From a virus: a stretch of DNA of 64,000 nt. The notes under the pieces were generated by a model. The model worked only from the letters and a program-made list of their open reading frames with translations. It had not been told where the DNA came from and did no database searches. A program made the position numbers and the translations under genes. Position 1 is the first letter of the stretch, and each line of letters begins with the position of its first letter. Positions 38,238 through 48,113 of the stretch are shown here, piece by piece. The stretch spans positions 32,001-96,000 of IMG/VR virus record IMGVR_UViG_3300020473_000021. One strand, given 5' to 3'.

Positions 38238-38646
38238 ACGATGTATCCTATCGATCGCATTTGTACTCTCCTTGAACTCCTGTACCATTATCATGGATAG
38301 TAGCATAAATACGCCGACAGAACCCACTGCAAAAAAACCACTACCTGCATCTAAAGATCTCAACCGACAAATAACCACGTTGATAGAGAGGATTAGAGAA
38401 CTTGAAGAGCAAAGACAGGATGTGGTGGAAGATACTACATCTACCCCGGTCTGTGGGAAATTTGAGTTACCTAGGATACCACCCTCACCACCTATGCCAG
38501 AAATAGCCAATAGTGCTAGCGATGATGAATTCAGCCAAGCGTTAGTGGAGTATGTGGTTAAACTCGGTGAGCATTCTGATAGGGTAATAGCTCGAATAAG
38601 AACAGCATACGATCGCTATTCTGAAGCATGTAATGTCAATAATTAA
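38227..38646 (+). CDS. Lipoprotein, outer-membrane spanin candidate
   Basis: Signal peptide with LSLNS-C lipobox; Pro-rich linker; additional Cys residues. Confidence 0.6.
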   Translation: MLIRRCILSIAFVLSLNSCTIIMDSSINTPTEPTAKKPLPASKDLNRQITTLIERIRELEEQRQDVVEDTTSTPVCGKFELPRIPPSPPMPEIANSASDDEFSQALVEYVVKLGEHSDRVIARIRTAYDRYSEACNVNN

Positions 38647-38715
38647 ATTTGGACAGGTTGGACTCATCTATTGGGTCTAGCCTGCCCATTTATTATTTTG
38701 TTTGGAGGAAACTAA

Positions 38716-40182
38716 ATGAGCAAAAAAGAAAAGGAAGTAGAAGAGGTGAAACCGCCTGAGAAACTCAGTCTGGTCATGTATACCGATGGTGGTTGTAAAC
38801 CATCACGTGGACATGGCGGATATGGTTTCCATGGCTACCTTTATACTGATGAAAAGCCAAAACAGGGTGCTGGCGCTAAAGCCGTGCCAACTAAAGAAGG
38901 TTACGTTGTTGGTGCAAAAGACAATGCTGTCACCGTCCACAACTACATTGATTGTGCTTGCCCGTTTGAAGAGATAACGACCAATAACATCACTGAGATG
39001 GAAGGCGTTAAACAAGCGATGGAAACGGCCATGCAGCAGGACGTGGAAAAGCTACTAGTCTTAACCGATAGTAACTATGTTTTAAAGGGTCTTACTGAGT
39101 GGGTACCCGGTTGGATTAAACGCGATTGGCGTAAGCCTGATGGCGAAGAAGTTCAAAACAAGAACGAGTGGTTAAGTTTGTTATCTGTTAGAGACCGACT
39201 GGAAGCTAGTGGCATCAAACTTAAGATCGATAAGGTTCGTGGACATAGTGGTGATTTAGGTAACACCATGGCTGATATGTTAGCGAGTGCCGCCGTTATC
39301 ATGGCTCGTAAAGGGTTAAGTGATAAGATCTTTAAGGTCTCTGAAGCTAAGGGCTACTGGAATAACAAGGTTGACTACAATCGCTTACTATCAAAAGCTA
39401 ACTGGTACTTCCTTGCGGGTAATGCGGACAAGATGGAGACTCGCGATGGACGTTTCGTCTATCATTTAGGTTCACATGGTCCTAAAGATGACTTGCTCGG
39501 CAAACCAATGTCTGACGCAAGCTATTCTGTCGTATACTTGAAAACTCCAGACCCAGTACTTGCAAAAGTGCGTGAAGTGATTGATGCTAATGCTGTTATC
39601 GACAATCAAGTCGTAATCGGTCGTTTATCAAACATTACAACGCCTGAGAATTATTCTTCTATCGACCAATATGGTTCAGCACTTATCGAGTGTGAGAATG
39701 GTAAGTTAGATTCTAAGAACCATGCTGGGGCTACCATCACTACAGAACAACGACCAGCTCGATTGGCATTCCGCATGTTAGAAGCGATGAATACCATGGA
39801 AGCATTGTTAGATGACTACCTAACTGGTCGCACTGTGACAGTGACGGATATCACCGATGAAATCTTCGATAAAGAAGAGAAGAAGGGTAAGGTCAAGTGT
39901 AAGATCAAGAAAGACCTATCGGTTTCAACGCGTTATCTCGATGTAAAGGCCGACTATAACGTCGCAGGTAAGACGGATAGTATTGATGTGAGGTTACTTT
40001 TAGGTATGGATCTGCCAGACAGGAACACCTTGGCAGCTCTCGCCCCTGACCTCCCATCGGTTAAGGTGATTACTTGGAAGGAATCAGATAAGGCATTTAG
40101 ATTTGCTACAGTCGTTGAATGTAACGAAGATGTAGGAATCTTCTCGTCTTTCTATTCGAACCTTAGGTTATTAATCGATTAA
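38716..40182 (+). CDS. rnhA: Ribonuclease HI with C-terminal extension (phiKZ gp155-like)
   Basis: YTDGGC, TNNITEM, TDSNYV, W..RDW, VQN, KVRGHSG..GN.MAD. Confidence 0.9.
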   Translation: MSKKEKEVEEVKPPEKLSLVMYTDGGCKPSRGHGGYGFHGYLYTDEKPKQGAGAKAVPTKEGYVVGAKDNAVTVHNYIDCACPFEEITTNNITEMEGVKQAMETAMQQDVEKLLVLTDSNYVLKGLTEWVPGWIKRDWRKPDGEEVQNKNEWLSLLSVRDRLEASGIKLKIDKVRGHSGDLGNTMADMLASAAVIMARKGLSDKIFKVSEAKGYWNNKVDYNRLLSKANWYFLAGNADKMETRDGRFVYHLGSHGPKDDLLGKPMSDASYSVVYLKTPDPVLAKVREVIDANAVIDNQVVIGRLSNITTPENYSSIDQYGSALIECENGKLDSKNHAGATITTEQRPARLAFRMLEAMNTMEALLDDYLTGRTVTVTDITDEIFDKEEKKGKVKCKIKKDLSVSTRYLDVKADYNVAGKTDSIDVRLLLGMDLPDRNTLAALAPDLPSVKVITWKESDKAFRFATVVECNEDVGIFSSFYSNLRLLID

Positions 40183-40206
40183 TAATATCTCTTTTGAGGT
40201 AATTCA

Positions 40207-40671
40207 ATGAAACCCCTAAAAAATGCTTTGAGGAAGACGGTGTGTCCGATACTTCATTTCATCGGGCAAATACCCATCGTTATCTTATCATTCATCGTAC
40301 CTGCTAAAGGGCGGCGGTTGATGGTGAGTGCTTCTCTTTTTGCGCATTTTGATAGGCTTGATCCAGACACGTTGAATTCAGAAGGGATGAAGGAGTACGT
40401 TCATCATGTCAATCGACTATTGCAGTTAATTGAGCGTGAAGAGCGTGCTCTGATATTCCCAATGTATATTCATAACCGTATCTGGGGTAAGTTGGATATC
40501 GAAGATTTGAAGCGGTTAAGTAGAGAACCGTCTGGTAAGATGGTCGAAGCAGTACTAAAACAGCTTCCGTGGTATCTGAGGTATCATCCTAAGATCATGC
40601 GTGACGACATCAACACCATCATTGAGCGCCGTTTGCTTAAAGATGTGCTGGTTTATCGCAGTGCAACTTAG
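40207..40671 (+). CDS. Hypothetical protein
   Basis: GAGG RBS. Confidence 0.7.
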   Translation: MKPLKNALRKTVCPILHFIGQIPIVILSFIVPAKGRRLMVSASLFAHFDRLDPDTLNSEGMKEYVHHVNRLLQLIEREERALIFPMYIHNRIWGKLDIEDLKRLSREPSGKMVEAVLKQLPWYLRYHPKIMRDDINTIIERRLLKDVLVYRSAT

Positions 40672-40699
40672 GAGACTATAATGAGAAATGTGTTCTAAC

Positions 40700-40740
40700 C
40701 GTCATAAGTGGGAGGCATCAGCCTCCCACTTATTTATTTT
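40700..40740. terminator. Bidirectional terminator
   Basis: TAAGTGGGAGGC-ATCA-GCCTCCCACTTA plus T-tract. Confidence 0.85.
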
Positions 40741-40743
40741 GTC

Positions 40744-41565
40744 TTAGCTAACTACCTTAGCCGCTTCTTCAACAGAAGTCTTCAATTCTTTGTACATGAA
40801 CGTATGTACCGACATGAATTCAACTTCAGTGGCAATCAAGTAGGTTAACTTGGTTAATGAGGAGATTGTAACGCCGGACATGTTATACGTCTCAGGGTCT
40901 TCTTCTAAACGCTCGATAATGACATCCAGATATTCGCTGATGGTGGTTACCATATCAACGGTATTGATAGGATCATTATTCTCGATGCGTTTCTCAAGAG
41001 CATCCATGCGCTTGTATAATTCATCCCAATCACCCTGACGCTTAACGACATCGCCGTATGGACGTTGTTGTGCTTGATCTTTAGAGAAGTCATCATGCAT
41101 TTCAGATTTAGCATCTTCAATGTCGCGACGGGCAATCTCAGATATCAACGTTGACTCAATTTGAGACTTCATGTTATCTGGCTTATCGAGTAGTCCACCT
41201 AAGAACTTCTCGGTGGGTATCAATACCTCTGCCATCAGCGTATCGGCAAATTCTTGATTGCGTTCAAGCGTATCGAGATGTTTCAAGTAAGTTGTATTGA
41301 GACCAGCTGGAACAGGAACCTTCTTATTTCGAAGTTTCATGTAATCGTTAGCATCTTTTGCTTTGTAGAATAAACCACGGTCAACTGCACTCTCACGTTG
41401 GCGCAATGCATTTAGTTTATCTTCTACAAAGTTGGTCACATCTTTAAAGAAGTTAGGTAACTTCTGGCGGACGTTATCAATATCGGCGGTGAAGCTCATG
41501 GCTTCCTGCGAAAGTGTTAATGCTTCGTTGCCGATGTCTTCTAGTGATAGTTTTGCAGGCTGCAT
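40744..41565 (-). CDS. Virion (head) protein, phiKZ gp153-like
   Basis: N-terminal LSLE/LSQE candidate protease sites; VP.GL motif; divergent from uvsX. Confidence 0.6.
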   Translation of the reverse strand: MQPAKLSLEDIGNEALTLSQEAMSFTADIDNVRQKLPNFFKDVTNFVEDKLNALRQRESAVDRGLFYKAKDANDYMKLRNKKVPVPAGLNTTYLKHLDTLERNQEFADTLMAEVLIPTEKFLGGLLDKPDNMKSQIESTLISEIARRDIEDAKSEMHDDFSKDQAQQRPYGDVVKRQGDWDELYKRMDALEKRIENNDPINTVDMVTTISEYLDVIIERLEEDPETYNMSGVTISSLTKLTYLIATEVEFMSVHTFMYKELKTSVEEAAKVVS

Positions 41566-41712
41566 ATGTAAGTAACTCCGATTTAAAAACGGTATAACGT
41601 ATGTTTGTTCATAGAATTAAAGGGACTTAGCATAATCGCGTTAAAAAAGACTGCTCAGCGCTATCATCTGACAGTAACCATTTGTACAAAATAATTATTA
41701 GGAGAACCTCTA

Positions 41713-43164
41713 ATGTCAGGTTTTAATTTAGCTCCGCAATTACGTCCACGTCCTTGCATTGGGTCTCTTTTAGACATTCCAGCTGGGCGCTATCATAAGG
41801 GCGCACATGGCGATATGATCCTGAATGGTGGATTCAGTAACTTCATTGGCGTTGGTGGTCGTGGTAACACTTTTAAGACGGCACTATCGTTGTCTCAATC
41901 AATCATCGTGCTTGATCGATACAGTCGCTCTAAGTTGACCGTTTACGATACTGAGATTACCTTCTCTTGGGATCGCATTGAAGATATCTCATCGCGTTGG
42001 GATTTAGATTACAATGAAGCTGTAGATAGTGGTCGCATCTCATTAACGTCTGCGGCAGAACACAGTGGTAACGAGTGGTGGTCTATCATTCGTGACATTT
42101 CTAAAGAGCGTGCTAAGAATGCTAAGAAAGAAAAGATCGACACGCCTTTTGTAAATAAAGATAATCAACCGATTAAAGCATTCCCACCTGATATTCATCT
42201 ATTGGACTCGATGAGCCAATTAGAAACCGATGCTATCTCAGGTATTTACGATAAAAACCAAATCGATGATAGTGCAGCGAATACCGACGCGTTGCGTGGT
42301 GGCGCTATTAAAACACGCATGGTAATGCAGGTACCGCAGGTAACGTCGCAAGGTGGTTTGACACTCATCGCTACTGCACACGTTGGTGATGAATTCCAAC
42401 TTGACCCATACGCACCTAAGGTCAAGAAGCTTCAGTTCATGAAAAATGGCGTTAAATTCAAGAACGTGCCTGAGAAATTTACTTTCTTAAGTTCTGTGTG
42501 CTGGTATGTCAGTAGTGCGACTCCGTTGATTAACCAATCGACTAAAGCCGCTGAGTATCCATTGTCTGGCTATAATGAACATAAAGGCGATACTGACTTA
42601 CAAGAGTTGGTGTTAACTAACGTTCGTAACAAACACGGTCAGACAGGACAGACACTGAACCTCATCATCAGTCAGACTGAAGGTCTATTACCTAGCTTAA
42701 GTGAGTATCACTATCTTAAGTCTCGTAAAGATAAGTTTGGTTTAGTTGGACCTGAGGGCGTACATAAAAGCTGGCGCTTAGCCATCTATCCGGATGAGTT
42801 ACTTAAACGTACTCAGTTACGTGATATGATCGATACCGATCCTAAGTTGCGTCGTGCGCTAGAAATCACGTCTGAGATGGCTCAGATGCAGGATTATTGG
42901 CCAGACATGCCTGAACACCAGCGTGTCGATCCTCAAGACTTATATGAGCGTCTTAAGGATATGGGCTATGATTGGGATCTACTGTTAGATACCCGTGGTT
43001 ACTGGACGTTTGATCATTACACACATCCAGTAAATCCATTATCTACAATGGATCTCATTAACATGTATAATGGGGAATACATTCCCTTCTGGTATGATAA
43101 AAGTAAAATAGATACCAGTAAAGCAGTTTCTGGAGGCAGTAAAAATGAATCTTCCGAATCGTGA
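41713..43164 (+). CDS. uvsX: UvsX/RecA-like recombinase (phiKZ gp152-like)
   Basis: GGRGNTFKT Walker A, YDTE, LLDS Walker B, TAHVG, RNKHG. Confidence 0.85.
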   Translation: MSGFNLAPQLRPRPCIGSLLDIPAGRYHKGAHGDMILNGGFSNFIGVGGRGNTFKTALSLSQSIIVLDRYSRSKLTVYDTEITFSWDRIEDISSRWDLDYNEAVDSGRISLTSAAEHSGNEWWSIIRDISKERAKNAKKEKIDTPFVNKDNQPIKAFPPDIHLLDSMSQLETDAISGIYDKNQIDDSAANTDALRGGAIKTRMVMQVPQVTSQGGLTLIATAHVGDEFQLDPYAPKVKKLQFMKNGVKFKNVPEKFTFLSSVCWYVSSATPLINQSTKAAEYPLSGYNEHKGDTDLQELVLTNVRNKHGQTGQTLNLIISQTEGLLPSLSEYHYLKSRKDKFGLVGPEGVHKSWRLAIYPDELLKRTQLRDMIDTDPKLRRALEITSEMAQMQDYWPDMPEHQRVDPQDLYERLKDMGYDWDLLLDTRGYWTFDHYTHPVNPLSTMDLINMYNGEYIPFWYDKSKIDTSKAVSGGSKNESSES

Positions 43165-43480
43165 CCTCGCGGCGGAACTCTATGAGCGCATCAAGGTGCG
43201 CTCTGTTGACCGAGCTGAGTTATGGAAACATATGTTCGTAGAAGCCCACCCCAATTGGGCATCAGGTCAATTACCTAGTGTGGAGCAACAGATCGTTGAA
43301 ATGTCTAACTTCTGGCGTATCCAACTCGGTATGTTAAATGACGATACCATCAATCTTCGAAGTAAGATAGTCGATACCGTGTCTGCGGATATTTGGCTAC
43401 AGAACTTCGAAAACTACTTGATGGATACCGTAGTCAGTCAACCGATTCCTAATGGGTCATGGCAGACGGCCATCGCATAA
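43145..43480 (+). CDS. Hypothetical protein
   Basis: GGAGG RBS; overlaps the uvsX end. Confidence 0.75.
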   Translation: MNLPNRDLAAELYERIKVRSVDRAELWKHMFVEAHPNWASGQLPSVEQQIVEMSNFWRIQLGMLNDDTINLRSKIVDTVSADIWLQNFENYLMDTVVSQPIPNGSWQTAIA

Positions 43481-43872
43481 TCGTTGCTGGTAGTCGAACG
43501 TTTACCGATTATAAATACTTTAGAGAAGTCATCATTGATGTACTTAAAAAGATCAACTACAACATCGATGTATTTATAACAGGTAGGGCATTAGATGGTC
43601 CTGACGATATGATTTATCATTTCTGTCGTTGGGACCATAAGTTTGACTATGTGGAAAAGAAAGCCAACTGGAAGAAGTATGGTAATGCGGCAGGTATGCT
43701 TCGCAATATAGAAATGGCGGAGATAGCTACTGGGTTAGTCGCTTTCTGGGATGGTAAAAGCAAAGGCACCAAACAAATGATCGATGAGGCTAACAAACGA
43801 GGTCTTGAGGTTTTAGTTGTTATGTTTGATGCTGACGAACAGCCAACGTTTGAATTATTTGAAGGGACATAG
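43459..43872 (+). CDS. SLOG/YspA-like protein (DUF2493)
   Basis: IIVAGSR.F.DY, G.A.G.D, ANW.KYG.AAG..RN.EMA, VAFWDG.SKGTK.MI. Confidence 0.85.
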   Translation: MADGHRIIVAGSRTFTDYKYFREVIIDVLKKINYNIDVFITGRALDGPDDMIYHFCRWDHKFDYVEKKANWKKYGNAAGMLRNIEMAEIATGLVAFWDGKSKGTKQMIDEANKRGLEVLVVMFDADEQPTFELFEGT

Positions 43873-43951
43873 TTCCCTTTTATTTTTTGTGTGGCGACAA
43901 ATAGACTGAGAGATTTGCACATTTTCAATCTGTACGCCGTGGAGTAATCCA

Positions 43952-44620
43952 ATGAACAAAGCAAGAGAAGAAGCGACGAAGTTAGCCGTTAAGCTTCTTA
44001 GTAAGTTTGCAGGTAAGACTGCAAGCGTAAAAGAAACCGAAAAGATGTTGGGTAACCTAACCGATAAGCAGTTTGATGAATTCATGGTTGCTTTGCGGGA
44101 TGGTGATGATTCACTACCATATATCCTACCTAACCTAACAAAGGAACGTTTGAGTGTCGATCGTAACTTAGAAATAGCCGATGAGTTAGGCCACGACTTC
44201 TTCGAACAGATATGGATCACCGACCCGAGTACTGGTGTAACGCACCTCACGCCTGATAAGTACCTCGTGGTGGACTTACCACTACGTCGTCTACAGCAGC
44301 ATCTTGAGAAGAAGATACGAATACCTAAACACAATAAAGCTATCGATGAGATGACTGGACAACCCACCAGCGACTCGAAAGGTAGTAAGGTATCGTTTCC
44401 TGAACTTCAAGTGCTATATTCTCAAGGGTTGGAGTCGACCATTAAAGAACTCTTTAAGTTTCGTGGTGGTGATGAGCAAGCGTATAAGGCACTTAATGCT
44501 GATGCTCTCAGTACTGGCATTCCAAGTATGGATGCAGTAGATTCTCCAGAGTTTAGAACTAAAGCGGCGGAGACATTAAGTATCTTACTTAAAGCTGCCC
44601 ATTTAAATAATAACTTATAA
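43952..44620 (+). CDS. Virion RNA polymerase beta subunit C-terminal part (phiKZ gp149-like)
   Basis: LPLRRLQQHL.KK...TGQPT.DSKGSKVSFPE..EL.KFRGGD, corresponding to the RpoB C-terminal TQQP...GEME region. Confidence 0.8.
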   Translation: MNKAREEATKLAVKLLSKFAGKTASVKETEKMLGNLTDKQFDEFMVALRDGDDSLPYILPNLTKERLSVDRNLEIADELGHDFFEQIWITDPSTGVTHLTPDKYLVVDLPLRRLQQHLEKKIRIPKHNKAIDEMTGQPTSDSKGSKVSFPELQVLYSQGLESTIKELFKFRGGDEQAYKALNADALSTGIPSMDAVDSPEFRTKAAETLSILLKAAHLNNNL

Positions 44621-44638
44621 AAACGCAGGAAGGGGATT

Positions 44639-45190
44639 ATGTTTAATTCAAACAGAGAAGGTGTAGACCTCATCATTTCTGAAGCTAAGGAAATATTCTT
44701 AGCTGAGAATATGGTAAAGCCTACTGAGAAAGACTTACCCAGGGTTCTCAATGATCGCATCGTAACAGCTGTCATGAACGTCATTGCTGATGCAGGCATT
44801 ATCTACCTCTCAACGAAAGAAGACGTTATCGACCTTTGGGATAGCATTCGAGCTGAAGACGAAAGTGGTCTTGGGGGATGGTTGATGCAATCAGCCATTA
44901 CTTGGCGCATTCGATCAATACCTAATGGTAACTCTTGGAATACGTGGTGTACATTCTTAGCCGAAGCATATAGTCAACAGCGGTCTGGCGTCGACAAGTC
45001 TATGGCTGCCGTTTGTGTCGATGATGATACTGTTGATAGATTGGCTAGACTGGATGAATTTAAAGACATCCTCATCAACAACCCTTGGTTCACATACCTA
45101 GTAACATTACAGTTAAGCTGGCATGAAATCTATGCTGACTTAGTAGAGACTGGCGTGTTAAACGGTCAAGTGGGGGAAGGTGAGTCATGA
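44639..45190 (+). CDS. Hypothetical protein
   Basis: ORF in operon. Confidence 0.75.
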   Translation: MFNSNREGVDLIISEAKEIFLAENMVKPTEKDLPRVLNDRIVTAVMNVIADAGIIYLSTKEDVIDLWDSIRAEDESGLGGWLMQSAITWRIRSIPNGNSWNTWCTFLAEAYSQQRSGVDKSMAAVCVDDDTVDRLARLDEFKDILINNPWFTYLVTLQLSWHEIYADLVETGVLNGQVGEGES

Positions 45191-45579
45191 TGGATAGAAT
45201 TGATACAATCGCTAGAATACAGTTAGCTTGTTTTCCTACTGACGATTTGAATGTTCACAAAAACGTGGAAGCTTTACGTCGAGTTAGAATGGGTCACCCA
45301 TCGGGAATACAAGAGAAACTAAATTCATTGATGAATGAGTGTTGTCCTAAGACGATAAGTTGTTTGAATAATGCTGGGGTTTCTTTATTTAACATGTTAA
45401 AGGAATCGGACGAGCTTGACCAACAACAAACCTACTTCTGGTTACAACAACGCGTTCACTTACTGCCATACTTTGATTTAACTGGTGGTAACCACATCAA
45501 TAACTCTAAGCAGGTTGTGTCAGCTGCCATTGAGACACCTTGGTTCTTTTATCTACTGTATAGCGATCCTCTGATATGA
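45187..45579 (+). CDS. Hypothetical protein
   Basis: ATGA overlap; ends in PWF(F/T)YL like the preceding gene. Confidence 0.7.
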   Translation: MMDRIDTIARIQLACFPTDDLNVHKNVEALRRVRMGHPSGIQEKLNSLMNECCPKTISCLNNAGVSLFNMLKESDELDQQQTYFWLQQRVHLLPYFDLTGGNHINNSKQVVSAAIETPWFFYLLYSDPLI

Positions 45580-46280
45580 AGCAATCACTCTACGTATCTT
45601 TGGATTCATTGTTGGATACTCGATTTGGTACCCTCATCAAAATGGATGAAGAAAAAGCTGCCGGACTCATAGCCAAAGGCTATCGGCAGCGACAAATCGA
45701 TGACTTTTCTCAACTCGATGAAACTATCGATAACGAAGAGTTTAAACGCCTCTATGAATCAAGAGATCAAACCACTTTAGAATTATCTAAATGTAGTAAC
45801 ATCGTTCCGACTGTGTGTCACATGGTCATGGAATTGAGAGATGCGGCTAAAGAAGTCCCATTTATCGATCAAGTGACTGTTGATGTGAATATGTATCCTT
45901 ATGATTTCTCAGAAGAGGTACAAAGAGAGATCGTCAACACGATTCGATATATGACTGGTGACATAGCTAAGATAAGTGCTGTTAATATACCACTTATCGG
46001 ACTCATGCCCGATTATATTTCTAACCACTACGATGCGGTCATCATGTATGACTTTAATGCGTGGCTAGAAAAGCATGGTAATGCACTTAAACACAACCCA
46101 ATGCCCCGCGTATCGTTTATCGTACCCGCTTTATTCCAAGGTAGGGTACCGACTGAAGACGAGTTGGATTTTGGTGAGTTAAATACCAACGATCCGTTCT
46201 CTGCTACTGAAATGGCTTTAGCAGAATACTTAATCGTTCGGTTTGTAGACGTAAGTAAATTTAGCGTCGTTGAGTTATGA
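45576..46280 (+). CDS. phiKZ-like conserved hypothetical protein
   Basis: YVSLDSLLDTR.GTL, VN.YPY, IMYDF..W motifs; ATGA overlap. Confidence 0.75.
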   Translation: MKQSLYVSLDSLLDTRFGTLIKMDEEKAAGLIAKGYRQRQIDDFSQLDETIDNEEFKRLYESRDQTTLELSKCSNIVPTVCHMVMELRDAAKEVPFIDQVTVDVNMYPYDFSEEVQREIVNTIRYMTGDIAKISAVNIPLIGLMPDYISNHYDAVIMYDFNAWLEKHGNALKHNPMPRVSFIVPALFQGRVPTEDELDFGELNTNDPFSATEMALAEYLIVRFVDVSKFSVVEL

Positions 46281-46283
46281 GTC

Positions 46284-46321
46284 AAAAATAAATAGGTGGG
46301 GCATTTGCCCCACCTATGACG
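46284..46321. terminator. Bidirectional terminator
   Basis: ATAGGTGGGGC-ATTT-GCCCCACCTAT; A-tract left, TATGACG right. Confidence 0.85.
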
Positions 46322-46362
46322 TCTGTAAAATTTTACAAGTTTAACAGCATGGTATAGTTAAA

Positions 46363-46827
46363 CTATTCGTTGTCTTCACTAGGACCTTCCATTTCTTCAA
46401 GGAAGTCCTTAGAACGAGAATTACTGAGTCCCTGTTCTTTCTCTTCTTCACTGAAAGTGAGACTGGGGATTTCACTTGGGTCAGGTTCAGGAATACGATC
46501 GACTTCTTGACCTGGTTCTACACGTAAGCCATATGGATTGACCATCGATAGTTTCTTCACGATTTCTTGTGCGGCACGATCGTTCTCAATACCGTCACGA
46601 TCCACATCGACTTTCTGAGATTGTATCGACGTGTGGTCCATATCTCGTAGAACACCCATTAATAGCTTAAGGTCATCTTCACTTGTTGGGATACCATTTC
46701 TGGTCATTTCAGCAGTGACTTGACGGCGGATGTTTTGACTGTGGTTGAGGAGTTTCTCAGGACTTAGCTCTTCTTCGCTATATCCACGGAGAACAACTCC
46801 TTCCTGTACTTCTTTGTCGTCAGACAT
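46363..46827 (-). CDS. Acidic hypothetical protein
   Basis: GGAG RBS. Confidence 0.75.
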   Translation of the reverse strand: MSDDKEVQEGVVLRGYSEEELSPEKLLNHSQNIRRQVTAEMTRNGIPTSEDDLKLLMGVLRDMDHTSIQSQKVDVDRDGIENDRAAQEIVKKLSMVNPYGLRVEPGQEVDRIPEPDPSEIPSLTFSEEEKEQGLSNSRSKDFLEEMEGPSEDNE

Positions 46828-46847
46828 ATTTCTGTTCTCCAGAATAA

Positions 46848-46872
46848 TTTAAAAATATATCATGAGAGTGAA
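46848..46872 (+). promoter_or_regulatory. Putative early promoter
   Basis: TTTAAAAA-TATATCAT-GAGAG-TGAA. Confidence 0.55.
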
Positions 46873-46912
46873 CTATTGTCCTCTCAGCTAAACTAAGTGC
46901 GCAGGTTAGTTA

Positions 46913-47458
46913 ATGCTAAAACGATTAATATGGAGATGGCTCTATAAATCCATTGTGAATAACAATACGGAGCCCAGTGTAAGTATCTTACCGATGCTTA
47001 AACGTTATCGCAGGCTAATGCGTACAATGTCATTTAATAAGGCAGGGTATCGCGACAGAATAGGCTATAGCGTCAATGTTAAAACAAACAATTTGGGGGA
47101 GTTTTTATCGACAATAACAAGAGTAAGAGAACTTATAGAGATCCAAGTCCATGAACTTGATTTCAACATAAAACTCAATGCAAGAAGAAAACTGAGACTG
47201 GATTCCTGGCTAGTCGATGAAGAAGATTTCTTGTATGATGAAATAGAAGCCTCACGATTATTACTCAATGAACTCGAGGCTTTGGTGGTAGCGTTAGAAC
47301 ATGTAAAATCTAAGAAGCCGCCACTGTATGTGTATTATGAGGATGCCACTCGATATATCATTCAAGATCTTATCGATGCAATGGACGCCCTCATCGCACT
47401 TAACTTAGGAGTCAATGATGTCAAAAGACATGCACCAAATATTATCCTTAGACGATAA
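46913..47458 (+). CDS. Hypothetical protein
   Basis: ORF after the promoter. Confidence 0.7.
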   Translation: MLKRLIWRWLYKSIVNNNTEPSVSILPMLKRYRRLMRTMSFNKAGYRDRIGYSVNVKTNNLGEFLSTITRVRELIEIQVHELDFNIKLNARRKLRLDSWLVDEEDFLYDEIEASRLLLNELEALVVALEHVKSKKPPLYVYYEDATRYIIQDLIDAMDALIALNLGVNDVKRHAPNIILRR

Positions 47459-48113
47459 AGGTGTTAGTCAAGCTGTCAGTACGGCAGCGAAACTATTCCG
47501 CATGATTCTTTTGGATTTGAATATTAGTCCGATGCAATGGGACCGTATGTTACGGGAGTACTTGAAGAAGCCTATCAGCGGTGTCGCGAATGACCGCAGT
47601 AAGCTTTCAAGTCAACGAAGTAACTTTAATCGAAACCTATCGCGTCCAAGAATCACCTGGCGGAAGTTCAGGGAAGGTATTGATATCCTCAATCCGGTTA
47701 AGGTCAACTATGAGTTAGACTTAGAGTGGGACCCTAAACTTACCTTACCTAATGAACCACCCAAGCAGATCTCGATGGATCGCCAAAACCAAAGTGATGA
47801 GTTGTGCCAAATGTTCCGTTATCTTTTGATAGGAGTTGGTGCTGATCGTTATCGCATTTGGGATAAGCTTTTACGCCGTCAGATCGATAAGGATTTTAAG
47901 GGCAAAGAAGATAACCCGCCCGACAAAAGCACCGAACGTGGTAATCTGCACAAGTCGCTGATTAATGATAAGAACTCTTATACGTGGGAAACTTTCTGCC
48001 GTGGACTGAGTGTCCTAGGCGTAATGAAAGCAACCTATCACATTAACTTAACTTGGCGCAATGGTAAATCCACACGACACAGCTACAAGTTTATTACGGG
48101 AACAGAACGATGA
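47415..48113 (+). CDS. Hypothetical protein with internal domain duplication
   Basis: Two copies of LFR..L..I....WD.LLR...S..R.N....L.....TW..F..G..IL. Confidence 0.75.
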   Translation: MMSKDMHQILSLDDKGVSQAVSTAAKLFRMILLDLNISPMQWDRMLREYLKKPISGVANDRSKLSSQRSNFNRNLSRPRITWRKFREGIDILNPVKVNYELDLEWDPKLTLPNEPPKQISMDRQNQSDELCQMFRYLLIGVGADRYRIWDKLLRRQIDKDFKGKEDNPPDKSTERGNLHKSLINDKNSYTWETFCRGLSVLGVMKATYHINLTWRNGKSTRHSYKFITGTER

